From Octopus bimaculoides (Eukaryota), in assembly GCF_001194135.2 (NCBI RefSeq), contig NC_069001.1, positions 11,978,366-12,042,365 of the forward strand: a stretch of DNA of 64,000 bases, given 5' to 3'. This document shows positions 40,086 to 51,889 of this stretch, in pieces. A program made the translations under genes and the position numbers. The notes under the pieces are model-generated. The model was not told where the DNA came from, did not search any database, and saw only the letters and a list, made by a program, of their open reading frames with translations. The number at the start of each line of letters is the position of its first letter. Position 1 is the stretch's first letter.

Positions 40086-41928
40086 CCTGGTGACATTTCA
40101 TATCTTGAATTTGAGTGTAAACAATCTTCCATTTCTGCTACATTTATTTTTAACGAATCATCTTCAGAAAAATACAGCTGAAAATCCATTGAAGCATGTT
40201 TGTTATTCGTACGATTGTAAAATACCCTTTAAAAGCTCAATTTCCGTTAACATTTTCTCTAATTATTTTTTCTATTTAGTTTTAAATCTGCTTTGTAAAA
40301 AAAAATTATAAATAACGCTATGCGTAACTCCTGTATTTTTTATTTGTATTTGAATTACATTATTATGAGTTTATATATTTTTTTGATAAAGTTTCGCTTA
40401 GCTTTTTAATATTTCCTTTTCTTTTCGTTCTCTTTGTGCATGCTTAAGTGGTTGTATAACTTGGCGTTTTAAGTTTTGCTTCCTGTTATACGTTCCGTTC
40501 AATTGACTGCTTTTCATATGATGTATATGGCGTGTCCTGTTCTAAATAAAAATTGAATACAAAAGGATTACATTTGTATTTTGTATAAACATTATAAACG
40601 TAAAATACACGTTATTACTAAATGATAAAGAATCAGGCAAAAATGACAAATAAGAATTAACTAATACAAAAATCGGTATGACGAATGTACAAAGTTTTTG
40701 CAAATATTATCTTCGAATTCAGTGTCAAATTTTACGAAATTAAAAGCAATCTCGGATCAATATCGTAGATTATGGTTGATAAGTACTTGTATTGTGATCC
40801 CTAGAAAAAGTCCTGCACTGATTTAAACTCCTCCTTTACTAGGGTACATAAGCAATCGACTTCTTTTTCTCAACATCTCTCAACTCGGGGCTGCTTTTTT
40901 TATTTTTCTGGACAACTCCCTCAGCATGGTGGTTGAAGTGACCTCGTTTGTTATCAGGAGTAGAGTATATTTCAGGGAAAGAATTACTCCCCCAGTTCTT
41001 GTTTCATTCGGAGTTGTCGTCAAGGCTTATAACTATGCACTTCTTCCAGTCAGACGTGTTGACTTTACGGAAACAAATTTTACATGGTCCATAATTCTTC
41101 TGGCTTCGTTAACCTTTACGATATGGCAGTTTCTAGCAGACCCTTCCATTCTTGGCGTACCTCTCAGATTCAATGGAGTGCACAAGCCACTACAATGCAA
41201 CAGAGATTGTCCTATTTGGACGAAGTATATAACACTTCGTCACAATTCGAAATCAAAACCACAAAGGTTCAATGAATACGTGCATCACTTCATGACCAGA
41301 ATACATGTCCCGCTATTACCAAACTCGTCAAAGAGTAACGCAAGGACCTTTCAATAAAACAAAAATATGTCACGCCAAACTAATGGCATTTTAAAAGCAA
41401 AAAAAGCTAACAATTGTATTTAACAAATGCATAGACATAACATATATTCTAGAGATTTGTTAAAGAATTTTGTCTAGCACATCCTATATTGTCTGGCTAG
41501 TTTTCTTTTTTTTTTTTTTTTTTTTTTTTTACCAAAGTTCGCTTACTGGAACTTTTGTCTATAATCAGTGTAGTATCTCTTCCAAACATACGTAAGATGA
41601 TTATCATGGTATCGTATATAACAAGCTGAATCGGTGAAACATACGTAAATCAAGATATAGAGATATTTTTTATTCAATTTATGTTCCCAGTTAGTATTTT
41701 CTATTGTTGATATAAACTGATTTCCTTACAAAATTTATTAGGACTATGTTGCATCAAAAATAAAAAAAATAAAGAAGTATTTGAATTACACATATAATAT
41801 ATTTTCGTTATAGAATATACATTCCAGTCACTGACCTTACACATGGTACAGTGGATATTACATTTCTGAATATAATTCAGACGTACCATCACTGAGTTTT
41901 TCCTTATAAATACATGTTAGACAAAGAT

Positions 41929-42448
41929 GGAATGGCATCTACTCGAACCCCACACTCCAGTTAACCGTCATTGAACGTTTATACAAAAAAACAAAAAAAA
42001 TTGACATGTGTTATTTTATTTTGGTCTCTTTCTTCTCGTTGTGTGTTGCTTGTTTTATATACTTTGTGGACGACTGACATGCGTGAGGTGTGAGTTGGCC
42101 AGTGTCAATACAAAATTTTATATTCATTTACTTTAAAACAATACATATTTACGGATTCATTACCACCGGATGATAATTATCGCAGAAGTTGCAAGGTAAG
42201 ACGTAAAATTCTGTCTCTCTGTAATAATTATTGTAGCATTTACCGTTAAATTAGAAGTTCCATACATGTGTTATTTCGTTCATTTGCTTATATTTCAAAA
42301 ATTTACACAGCATACAAAAATACGGACATAATATATATTTACAATTGCTTACAAAAATAGAGATTAATGTATATTTTTTTCTATGTTTATAATTTTTTTG
42401 TTTACAATATTGAAAAAATATGCCACCAAAAAAAAGACGTAATCCCTC
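41929..42448 (+). mobile_element. Second copy of the Helitron 5'UTR segment (corresponds to 38496-39028)
   Basis: Collinear high-identity match along its length, ending at AAAAGACGTA.TCCCTCCAGA; flanked by 51-bp direct repeats. Confidence 0.9.
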
Positions 42449-42856
42449 CAGACGTACCATCACTGAGTTTTTCCTGATAAATATATGTAAAACAAAGATA
42501 AGAAAACCTGTGATTTTTCAAATACATATGGAATTCAAAATTGTGGACTTCTTTGTTACTGCCAATTAACAGATAATAAAACTAAAAATATGTACAAAAT
42601 AAAATTTAATCTAAGTGGGTAGAAAATAAATATAGCATATTTTCATATACAAGGTACGGTGAATAAATTGTCTAAATTAGGCAAAATGAAAATAACACTA
42701 TAGCAGAAAAACAAGTATGACCACGACAAACTAGAACCATCCATTTCGTACTCTCTAGTAGTCAATTAACGAGGTCAATCCTATCGACTTACCTTCTTCA
42801 CTGTGCAATCATACCTTAGCACCAATATTCGAAAGAAATAATGGTTTCTATTTTTA

Positions 42857-43050
42857 GAACAAGGCCAGCAATTTGTGCGGTGGGACTAAGTCGATTACAT
42901 CGATCCCAGTACTGAGCTACTAAGTATTTTACCGACCCCGAAAATATTAATGGCAAGTGGATGTTAGCTGAATTTGAATTCAGAACATAAGGATCGACGT
43001 AGTACCGCTAACCATTTGCCCGGCGTGCTTACGGTTCTTCCATCAAGCCG
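42857..43050 (-). mobile_element. SINE family B, degenerate
   Basis: AAGGCCAGCAATTT...TAAGTCGATTACATCGATCCCAGT...ATTTGAATTCAGAAC...CCCGGCGTGCT. Confidence 0.75.
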
Positions 43051-43174
43051 CATTATTTAAAAAGCAATGGTAAAAATGGTGAAGTAGGGTGTTGCCACAA
43101 ATCTGGAGTGGAGGTGCAAAGTCCTTACAGCATTTGTACATGCCTTATTGTCTTAGTTTATATCCCACCAATAT

Positions 43175-43230
43175 GAACTTTGCCTTTCATCCTTTGGCGG
43201 TTAATTAATAAAATACCAGTATAATACCGG
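43175..43230 (+). mobile_element. SINE family B, central fragment
   Basis: GAACTTTGCCTTTCATCCTTTGGCGGTTAATTAATAAAATACCAGT. Confidence 0.6.
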
Positions 43231-43719
43231 AGTTCAAGGCCTTGAGAGATACCCCACCTCTCAAAGTAGATGGCAGCGAATGCATAAAGATTGGAGAGAC
43301 TACGAATACACATTAATACAAATTCTTGCTTCGTCACTTATTTAATATGACCAAAATAGTTACAATGATTTGATGTGGCTGTATGCAGTATGAATTTATT
43401 GGAAACGTCATCATTGTCTGTCAAAAAAAATCATTTCTTCATTGCAACGTCTTCACAAACAAAGGGAACTAATCGAAATTTTTAATCTACCACACGCTGA
43501 CCAAACTATGTGAACTGTCAGTTGCAGGACGTCAGATTCGTGTTTATCGTTCATGGTCATATTTTTCTTCGGAATCTTAAACTGTGTAATAAACAGAAGA
43601 TATATACGTTTGTGTGTGCGTAATTGCATGCGCGCGTATGTACGTACGTGTATTCGTGAATACACACACACACACACGCACACACATAAACACGCCCACA
43701 CCCACAAATATAAGTCTAA

Positions 43720-43928
43720 GAGGGGCCACTGAATAATTCCTGTCTTTGGGTAAAACAAAATACAGGAGGATCAGTTAATTCTGATTTTATTCAGCATATT
43801 CCCCTCTCAGATTCGCACACTTATTACAGCGGTCCTTCAGTTTTTTAATACTTGTTGACTTCGGAAGATTGGGTCTCCAACAGGATTTTCGCGGTAACCT
43901 TAAAGTCAGTAAGTTTACAGCTGTCATA
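43720..43928. mobile_element. About 210-bp mariner-type MITE; truncated further copies at 43977-44097 and 44231-44352
   Basis: Left end CTGAATAATTCCTGTCTTT versus reverse-complemented right end CTGTAAACTTACTGACTTT (14/19). The younger copies begin GTGCTGAAAAGTTCCTGGCTTT. Confidence 0.75.
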
Positions 43929-43938
43929 GCTACATACA

Positions 43939-44438
43939 TACAAACATACATACATACGTATACACATGCATAAGTAGGAGTGCTGAAAAGTTCCTGGCTT
44001 TGAGTAGAAGAAAATACAGGAGGACCAGTTAATTATGACTTCATTCAAAATATTCTCCTCTCAGATACACAGACTCCTTGCAGCGGTCCTTCAGTTGCTC
44101 ACCCCGAGCCTAAGGTAGAGGGCACATACCCAATGTGCTCAGCATTGGGACTGAACCCGGAAACATGTGCTCCGGAAGCACACNNNNNNNNNNTACAAAC
44201 ATACATACATACGTATACACATGCATAAGTAGGAGTGCTGAAAAGTTCCTGGCTTTGAGTAGAAGAAAATACAGGAGGACCAGTTAATTATGACTTCATT
44301 CAAAATATTCTCCTCTCAGATACACAGACTCCTTGCAGCGGTCCTTCAGTTGCTCACCCCGAGCCTAAGGTAGAGGGCACATACCCAATGTGCTCAGCAT
44401 TGGGACTGAACCCGGAAACATGTGCTCCGGAAGCACAC
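43939..44438. other. 245-bp exact duplication across a 10-N gap (probable assembly artefact)
   Basis: 43939-44183 appears identical to 44194-44438; only 10 N separate them. Confidence 0.8.
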
Positions 44439-45511
44439 TTCTCAGCACACAGACAAGCCGTGTATATGTGTGAACGCACGTATTCATATGTTACTTTTAG
44501 ATTAATTTGACTTAAATAGATATTAATTATGGGTTATTGTTTAGTAATTATTCATTTGGCTTTATTTATCCGAATGAAACTGTCATTGAATATCAATAAA
44601 GTATGAACTATAGTTGCAAATTATGCTTTTCTCATTTTATACATTCATACACATATCCATCCATCTACCCATACATACATACACATATCCATACATACAT
44701 GTATACACAAATGCACACACAAATACATTTAAATATATATATATATATATGTATGCATGTATACATACATACATACATACATACATATGTAAACATACTT
44801 TTCTCGTTGTATTGCGAGTTCGTTTCTCTATCTTTACCATCTGTGATTTTAATTTTAATCTATATAAATGAAGATATTTCCTTATAAGACATAGATAGAG
44901 GCTTCCTAATTCTGCATCAGTTATCAACCAGAATGCTAATACTCAGTTTTACACCTTTAATACGGCTCAACCAAATCAAATCAAATTTATCTATCCAACT
45001 CTCTCACTATATATATATGTAAACAAGGTTCTTCTTTCGCTATATCACCCAAACATTATGATAAAAAAAAATCGTTCAAGCCAGTACGGCAGGGGTTTGA
45101 ACACGCCACAGCAAAGTTGCGACACAAAATTTTAAAATCATACAACCATCCTTCTAACAGAGTATGGCAAATAAAAGCAAAAACCAAAGAACGACTGGTA
45201 TTTCTAATCAGAAATTTAAGCATGGTATTCATCGAGAATAAATAGACTCCGGATAAACTCAATAATGCGAAATCTTGTTGGAATTATATAAAGCCAGATT
45301 TTAAATTAAATTGAGCGAGACATTTTATACAGTGTATATTCAATGAAATATATTAAGATTTCGCACCAGCCATTTTGATACGCAAATACATACTTACACA
45401 CATCTTTATATATCAATGTGTGGCAACGTGTGGGTGTATGTATGTGTGTGTGAGTGTATGTGTGTGTGTGTATATATATATATATATGTATGTACATGTG
45501 TGTATCTATAT

Positions 45512-45546
<35 letters not shown>

Positions 45547-45960
45547 CATTCTTATTGTTCTCAATAATATCGAAAGCAATTTAAGAAGAACTGCAAAGGA
45601 GCCTGTGACCTTCCATAATTACAATATTCATTGTATTGGCTTCCGTATATTTCCCATGTACATCTGCATGAAATATGAGTAATGAGCCGATCTGCTTATT
45701 TCAAGTAGCTTTAACCATACGAATTATATACACTAACTTGGTGAGTTATTGATTTCAATCTCATATTAATGTTAAAGCTAGTAAATTGGTAAATTGACCG
45801 AATGGTTTACGAGTGTCTGAGGCACTCTATGGAGATATTGCGTCGTGATTGTTACATTTTTACAATGTGAGTTCGAACCTCACAATAGTATGTCGCTTTA
45901 CTATTTCATACTATCATCATCAATCGCTAAGTAAATATCAGCAGTGTCGTCAAAGCTACT

Positions 45961-46034
<74 letters not shown>

Positions 46035-46324
46035 CNNNNNNNNNNNNNNNNNNNNNNNNNNNNNNNNNNNNNNNNNNNNNNNNNNNNNNNNNNNNNNNNN
46101 NNNNNNNNNNNNNNNNNNNNNNNNNNNNNNNNNNNNNNNNNNNNNNNNNNNNNNNNNNNNNNNNNNNNNNNNNNNNNNTACACAGACATGGAAGAAGTAA
46201 ATATATAACCTGATGATCATCAAAATTTATTTAAATCTGAAATTATACATTAAAACTATTTATTAATTCCTATAATGTGAAAATCTAATATTTAGTAGAT
46301 ATGCTCTTTATATCTTTCAATGCA

Positions 46325-47190
46325 AGGGTCCTATTAGACATGTTACTCACCAGATGACAAATATTCTCTTTCTGAATTTATTGCCAAGTTTGACGCGCTA
46401 ATTTCTAAATATCTGGCTTTGAAGATGCTCTCTCGTTCTTTTTATGAACTGTCCTGACCATTGTGACCCAGAGGCGTTCAATAGAATTGATATTTGGCGA
46501 TTGGCTTGGCCATGGAAGCTTTTTAATGCCATTCTCATCCAACAAATCTTGGGCCATTATAGCCGTATGACAAGGAGCCCCATCTTCCGTAAATAGTATT
46601 CTTTAATCATTTCAGGACTGAAGAAGATTGGAAGGAGTCCTTTCTGCAATACGGACCTATATTTATCTGAGTTTATGTTTTCATCACACTTCATTAGCTC
46701 TTATCGAACATTGCTTCAAATTTTTGATCACAGAGTTTCCAGTCCGACACTCTACCATTCTTAGGAAACACAGCAAATCTGGACCCATAAGAGAATATGT
46801 GACAATGTCCCAAAATGGTAGTGGTTCCTTCACCATCTCACCAGCCCAGCATTTCCTCCGATTCATGTTGGATGGTCAAAGAAGTGGCTTCCATCTTTCT
46901 ACTCTGCCATAGTAACTAAATTTGTGAAGATACCTGACAGTTCTGCGACTGACTTCAACTTGTTCTGCTACGCCATAGGCCTGGCAACGTGGATTATCCT
47001 CCACACTTCACTTAAAAAAGAGAAGGTTTGTCAGAAGGCCCCGGTTGATCTGAGTGAGTTCATGTGGACTCTTTCTCCTCTCTGGTGAATTGCATAATCA
47101 CTACATTAACTGTAGAAATCGGGCTCCGAAAATTTTTTGCGATTTTACACTGACTATGTCCACCTTCAGGGAGTTCCAAGGCGTCTTTTG
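46325..47190 (-). pseudogene. Tc1/DD34E transposase pseudogene, near full length with internal deletion
   Basis: HTH region (GHSQCKIAK..SPISTV), YLHKFSYYGRV..KPLL, FS.GSRFAVF, CDENINSDKY, then FTEDGAPCH...WPSQSPNINSIERLW with 34 residues counted between D and E. The VKHGG..VMVWG block is missing. Confidence 0.92.
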
Positions 47191-47299
47191 TATATAGTAT
47201 GATTAAACAGTGATATAATGTCAATTAACGAAAAAATATAAACCTTTACAAGTCAGAATAAACATAAAACGATGTTTTATGGTGTGTGTGTGTGTGTGC

Positions 47300-47340
<41 letters not shown>

Positions 47341-47727
47341 GGATGAGATCGTATGGCAGTGAAAGCGGTAGACAAAGTGAGGGAGAGACAGGAAAGGAGA
47401 ATCTATGTACTTCAGGGAAGATAATTACTTCACCCCCTTTTTTTTCCAGTTTTTAAGTGGGAAACGTCTTTTGGCTCCTTTTCGTTCGGTGTCAGTAATT
47501 GAAATTAATCGGATTCTTTTCCTCGTTCCTTTTTTATAGGAACGAATGACTGAAATAGACAGTTTTTTTATTTTTTTTATTTAATTCTCAATGTTTCTTT
47601 TCGGATGTGCTTGTCCAGTGAGTGTGGCCAGCATTACGGCTTTCTGTTTAGCCATATGCACACGTTTGTGCTGCAGACTAACTCGGTATCTCGAGTTCTT
47701 TTTATCGGATGAAAATTCCGAACTTAC

Positions 47728-47824
47728 AGATCTTGCTTCTGTATTATTTTTTTCCACTTCATCTTCCAAGATGAACTCCGGACGTAACCTTCTATATTTC
47801 ATATAGACTTCGCTCTCAGGCCAA
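47728..47824 (-). CDS. Candidate coding exon (WPESEVYMKYRRLRPEFILEDEVEKNNTEARS), product unknown
   Basis: Acceptor TTCCATCCTTTGAAACAG and donor GTAAGT; 97 nt; only phase 2 is open. The frame also stays open to a stop at 47581, so a longer terminal-exon form is possible. Composition is protein-like and non-repetitive. Confidence 0.4.
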
Positions 47825-48934
47825 CTGTTTCAAAGGATGGAACCTAAAACTTAGCCATAGTTTTCAATCCACGTTTTTGTTCTTCGTTGAGTGTGATATT
47901 ATGGTAGTGAGAAAGAGACCGAGTGATACAGAGAAGTAGTGAAAATCTACGTATCCAGGGAAGAGAATTACTTTTTTCTATATCTACACACACACGCACG
48001 CACTCACGCTCGCACGCTCGCTCACTCACTCACTCACTCATTCAGTAGATGTGTGTGTAGTTCGCTTTGAAATTATTCTGAGAGGTGCCTTAATTGAGGA
48101 ATGCACTAATTCCGCCGCATCATTCTTTGAAGAGGACATCCTTGAATGATAAATATATTGGGTATAAAGAATAATAATTAGAGTGTGGATAATTTTCCAT
48201 AGTTTATTAATGTGTGCGTTTACCAAAGAATAATGGAAAAGATAAATATATACATACGTGTACTTGTGCATGTGTGTATATATTTATCTTTTCAATTATT
48301 CTTTTTAATGAGAAAACAATTGAAGTTATAAAAATTCATAATGCAGGACGTGGGGTTTGTAGTTTTATGCGGTATTTCGACATTTAATTATCAGGACTTC
48401 TCCGGGAAGTCATTAATTCTTGCAACATGCATTCTCTAAGCGTCATAAAGAATAATTGAAAGACACACGTACACATTAAGACACGCAAACACACAAGCAT
48501 GTATACATACTGAAGTATAGGTAAAGGGAGAAAAGTAGATAGATAGATAGATAGTTCGATAGATGCAAAAATAAGAGGAAGTATAAGTAAATATCTGCAG
48601 GATCATCAGCGTAGTCTGTCGATTTTTTTTTATTTAGTATTTTTTTCATTTGTCTTGCCCTTTTACAGTTTGTTGTGTCGCTAAATTTTTACTGAGAACA
48701 TTCTTCGTGGTTACATGATTCGGCATCTATTTCTAGCAAAGAGGAGTTCACTTTTGCTGGTCATTCCTCTTATTTTTGTATGTAATATAATTTTAATCTT
48801 CGGATTTTTATTAATATGCTAGACCACTGGTTTTAATTGATTAATATCAATTTCTACCGTTATTAATAAATTTTAGATGGATAGATAGATAATAGAAAAT
48901 TATACCCCCCCCCCCCCACACACACAGCTTTTAT

Positions 48935-49420
48935 ATCAACCTAAGTAAAAAGTAAGCAACGTTTTGAAACTTGAAATTCATCAACATATTTCAACAATGC
49001 GGAAATTTTATTCATTAAAGTAAATACCATTACAGTCAACACATTTTTTTCCAGCGTGTTACAACAAGTTTATTCCGTTAACATAAAGATCTGGGGCTGA
49101 TGAACTTTAACCGCACTTTCAGAATCGGTTTCGTTTTTGAACTCTTTCTCTCGTAGGAAATCATTAAGGTGCTTGAAATGTGGTGGTCGCTAGGAGAAAG
49201 GTACGCGGAATATGCTGGGTGGTGAAGAACTCTACATCCAAGTTCCCTCATCTTCTGGAGCGTCATTAGTGAAACGTGTGGTCGATCATTGTCATTAAGA
49301 ATGATTGGCGTTCTACTGTTGTCTAATCTAGGACGGAGGAGTAGCGGTTTTTCGTTCATTTTGTCCGTTTAATAGCAATATGTTTCTGCAGTAACAGTTT
49401 TTCCGGGTTTTAAGAAGTTA
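48935..49420 (-). mobile_element. Mariner/DD34D transposon remnant (3' half)
   Basis: FLKPGKTVTAETYC..., then ILNDNDRPHVSLMTLQK..ELG..LHHPAYSAYLSPSD with 34 residues between the Asp, then GINKL..RWKK.V.CNGIYFNE*. TIR-like AAGTAAAAAGTAAGCAACG near 48941-48961. Confidence 0.9.
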
Positions 49421-49621
49421 TAGAGGATGAAACCAGCAGTACACCACTAAAGTCACCAACACCTTCTTTTTGAAGACTTTGGGTCTAGGAAAAGGTTTTC
49501 GGTGCTTCAGTTTGGTCCAAACATTAATTCTTGAGTACATGTGTGTATATTGAGCGTACGCATATTCTTTTGTTGTCTTTTTCTCATCCTTTAGGGGAAC
49601 GAATAATTTATATATATATAT

Positions 49622-49813
49622 ATATGGGAGAATATACGAAAAAAACAACAACAGACGAGGACAGGTGGTGTAAATAACAAAAGGATGTATTAGTATGACG
49701 CTCGGGAATACGGAAAGTCTTTGACGCTTCGAGCTACGCTCTTCAACAGAAAGAATACGGAGACAAGGAGAAAAACACGGAGAAAAAAAATTGAATAGTG
49801 TCCAGTCAACGGT

Positions 49814-49815
<2 letters not shown>
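49622..49815. mobile_element. Penelope-type terminal repeat, best-preserved copy
   Basis: Family also seen at 8.2 and 22.5 kb; carries a minimal hammerhead-like motif on the minus strand. Confidence 0.65.
49718..49754 (-). ncRNA. Degenerate minimal type I hammerhead ribozyme motif
   Basis: Minus strand TCTTT-CTGTTGA-A-GAGC-GTA-GCTC-GAAG-C-GTC^-AAAGA: stem I 5 bp, stem II 4 bp. Two core deviations (CTGTTGA for CTGANGA; GAAG for GAAA), so probably inactive. Confidence 0.5.
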
Positions 49816-49856
<41 letters not shown>

Positions 49857-50599
49857 GTATGTATGTATTTGTGTTTTTACCTTTTATTTGATTTGTGTGT
49901 ATTTGTAGATGTAGTTAAAGGGGTAGATGGAGCTCTTAGGATTAATAAAGCCTTGGGGAAGGAATCTATCTAGGAGAAAGTAGCTCCGAATTAAAATTCT
50001 TCACTGCTGTCTTGCAGTTAGCCTTTGGTTGGACACAGACTAGACGGACACTGATATAAAACCACTGGAGAGGTTATACTCTGGGATGATAAAACATGCG
50101 ACTTCCTTAATCACCCAGTCATGTTACCTTGGTTTATCCATAGATATCAGATTTTGGGGGAGGAATGGGTGCTATACGTGTGGTACAACCGTGTTGTATT
50201 GGATTGATAATTAATTGTACAGATATGTCTTCAAGTCCCACAGCGATGTAATAATTGTGCCGCCCAGTAGTAGTATTATATGTCCTAACGGATTTGTATT
50301 TGGGTTTCTGTCGTGTGTGAATAGATGAACGAAGAGTGAAGTATTTGCATGCCTAAAGAACTACGTTGCATAGAAAGAATTGAAAATAAATATCCATCCG
50401 TGGTCCATCTTTGTACCTCCAATTTTGCTCAATTACACACGCACACACGCACGCACGCACGCACGCACGCACACACACGCACGCACGCACGCACGCACGC
50501 GCGCACACGCACACACACACGTATTTATATATATATGTGTATATATAGATGTACATATGTATGTATTTATATATATATGTGTATATATAGATGTGTATA

Positions 50600-50880
50600 T
50601 GTATTTATATATAGATGTGTATATATAGATGTGTATATGTATTTATATATATATGTGTATATATAGATGTGTATATGTATGTATGTATGTATTTATATAT
50701 ATATGTGTATATATAGATGTGTATATGTATGTATGTATGTATTTATATATATATGTGTATATATAGATGTGTATATGTATGTATGTATGTATTTATATAT
50801 ATATGTGTATATATAGATGTGTATATGTATGTATGTATGTATTTATATATATATGTGTATATATAGATGTGTATATATAT
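50600..50880. repeat. 50-bp minisatellite built from dinucleotide repeats
   Basis: ATATAGATGTGTATATGTATGTATGTATGTATTTATATATATATGTGTAT repeated about four times, with shorter variants upstream. Confidence 0.9.
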
Positions 50881-51689
50881 GTATGTATATTTATATACAT
50901 ATGTGTGTGTATTGATAGACATAAATATAATTGGTAGATGGATATATATGTTTATATAAATGAAAGCTCGTGTGTGTCTGTCGTCTGTCTGTCCGTGCGT
51001 GCTTGTGTGTCTTGTTATAGAGTGCTCGTCAAGTAGAAGAGAGCTGTTTCCCCGTGGCGTAAGGATATAGATACATTAAAACCATACAAATAGATTTGTA
51101 AGATTATGAGACAAATGGGAGACATGGAAACAAAACGGAAATCTTGGGAGATTAGACAGGCGAAAAAAACGTGACTGGTTAAGCGTAGAAATGTATATTG
51201 ATAAACAACAGAGACAAAAAGTTTACAATGAAAGATAATCATCCCAAAAGAAGAACGAGAAGAGAATCTGTCATAACTTATCTTAACAGTTTTCAAACAG
51301 AATAAATGCGATAATGAAAGAAAGAAAAAGAGAAAACTATGTAAGAAATAATATAACATAAATATGTGAGTGTTTACACGTGTGTGTGTGTGTGCGTGCG
51401 TGTATGTGTGTGTCCGCCCGTGCGTGCGTTAGTGAGTATGTGTATGTGTCGGTGTGTATGCACATGATCTTAATATCTGAATTCAGAAGGCAATCAATCT
51501 GACAAAATGACCAGGCTATCAGTATTATTGAAACTGCAATTAAATAATTTCGATCTTACTGCTAAGAAGTTAGTGCATATAATTCGCATAGCGGCATTCT
51601 TCCAGTAATGCTATGCTTATCACATATCGATGTGTGTGTGTGTACACGCACGCACGCACGCACGCACGCGCGCACGCGCAGTGCTTCCC

Positions 51690-51884
51690 GGCGTTATGAG
51701 CTATAGCCACATATTATTTGTTCCTTTTTTATGGGTAGAATATATACGTATGTGTGTACCTGCTTTCGTACACTAGCAATGTGTCCTGGCGTTGGCTGGG
51801 TGTTATGACCGACAGCCATATTATTAGTTCCTTTTTTTTATGGGTAGAATATATGTGGATGTGTGTACCTGTGTTTGTATACAT
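51690..51884. repeat. Two diverged direct copies of about 85 bp (period about 110)
   Basis: GG.GTTATGA...AGCCA..TATTATT.GTTCCTTTTTTATGGGTAGAATATAT..G.ATGTGTGTACCTG at 51690 and 51799. Confidence 0.85.
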
Positions 51885-51889
51885 TCTAA

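Noticed and set aside
42786-42806. Perfect minus-strand donor AAG|GTAAGT
   Set aside because: Lies within a decayed SINE segment (ATCGACTTACC) and has no plausible exon upstream.
43939-44438. Apparent recent tandem duplication of MITE plus SINE
   Set aside because: Identical copies meeting at a 10-N placeholder gap point to unmerged contig overlap, not biology.
45866-45884. tRNA T-arm-like hairpin TGTGAG-TTCGAAC-CTCACA
   Set aside because: No acceptor, D or anticodon arms; most likely a decayed SINE head.
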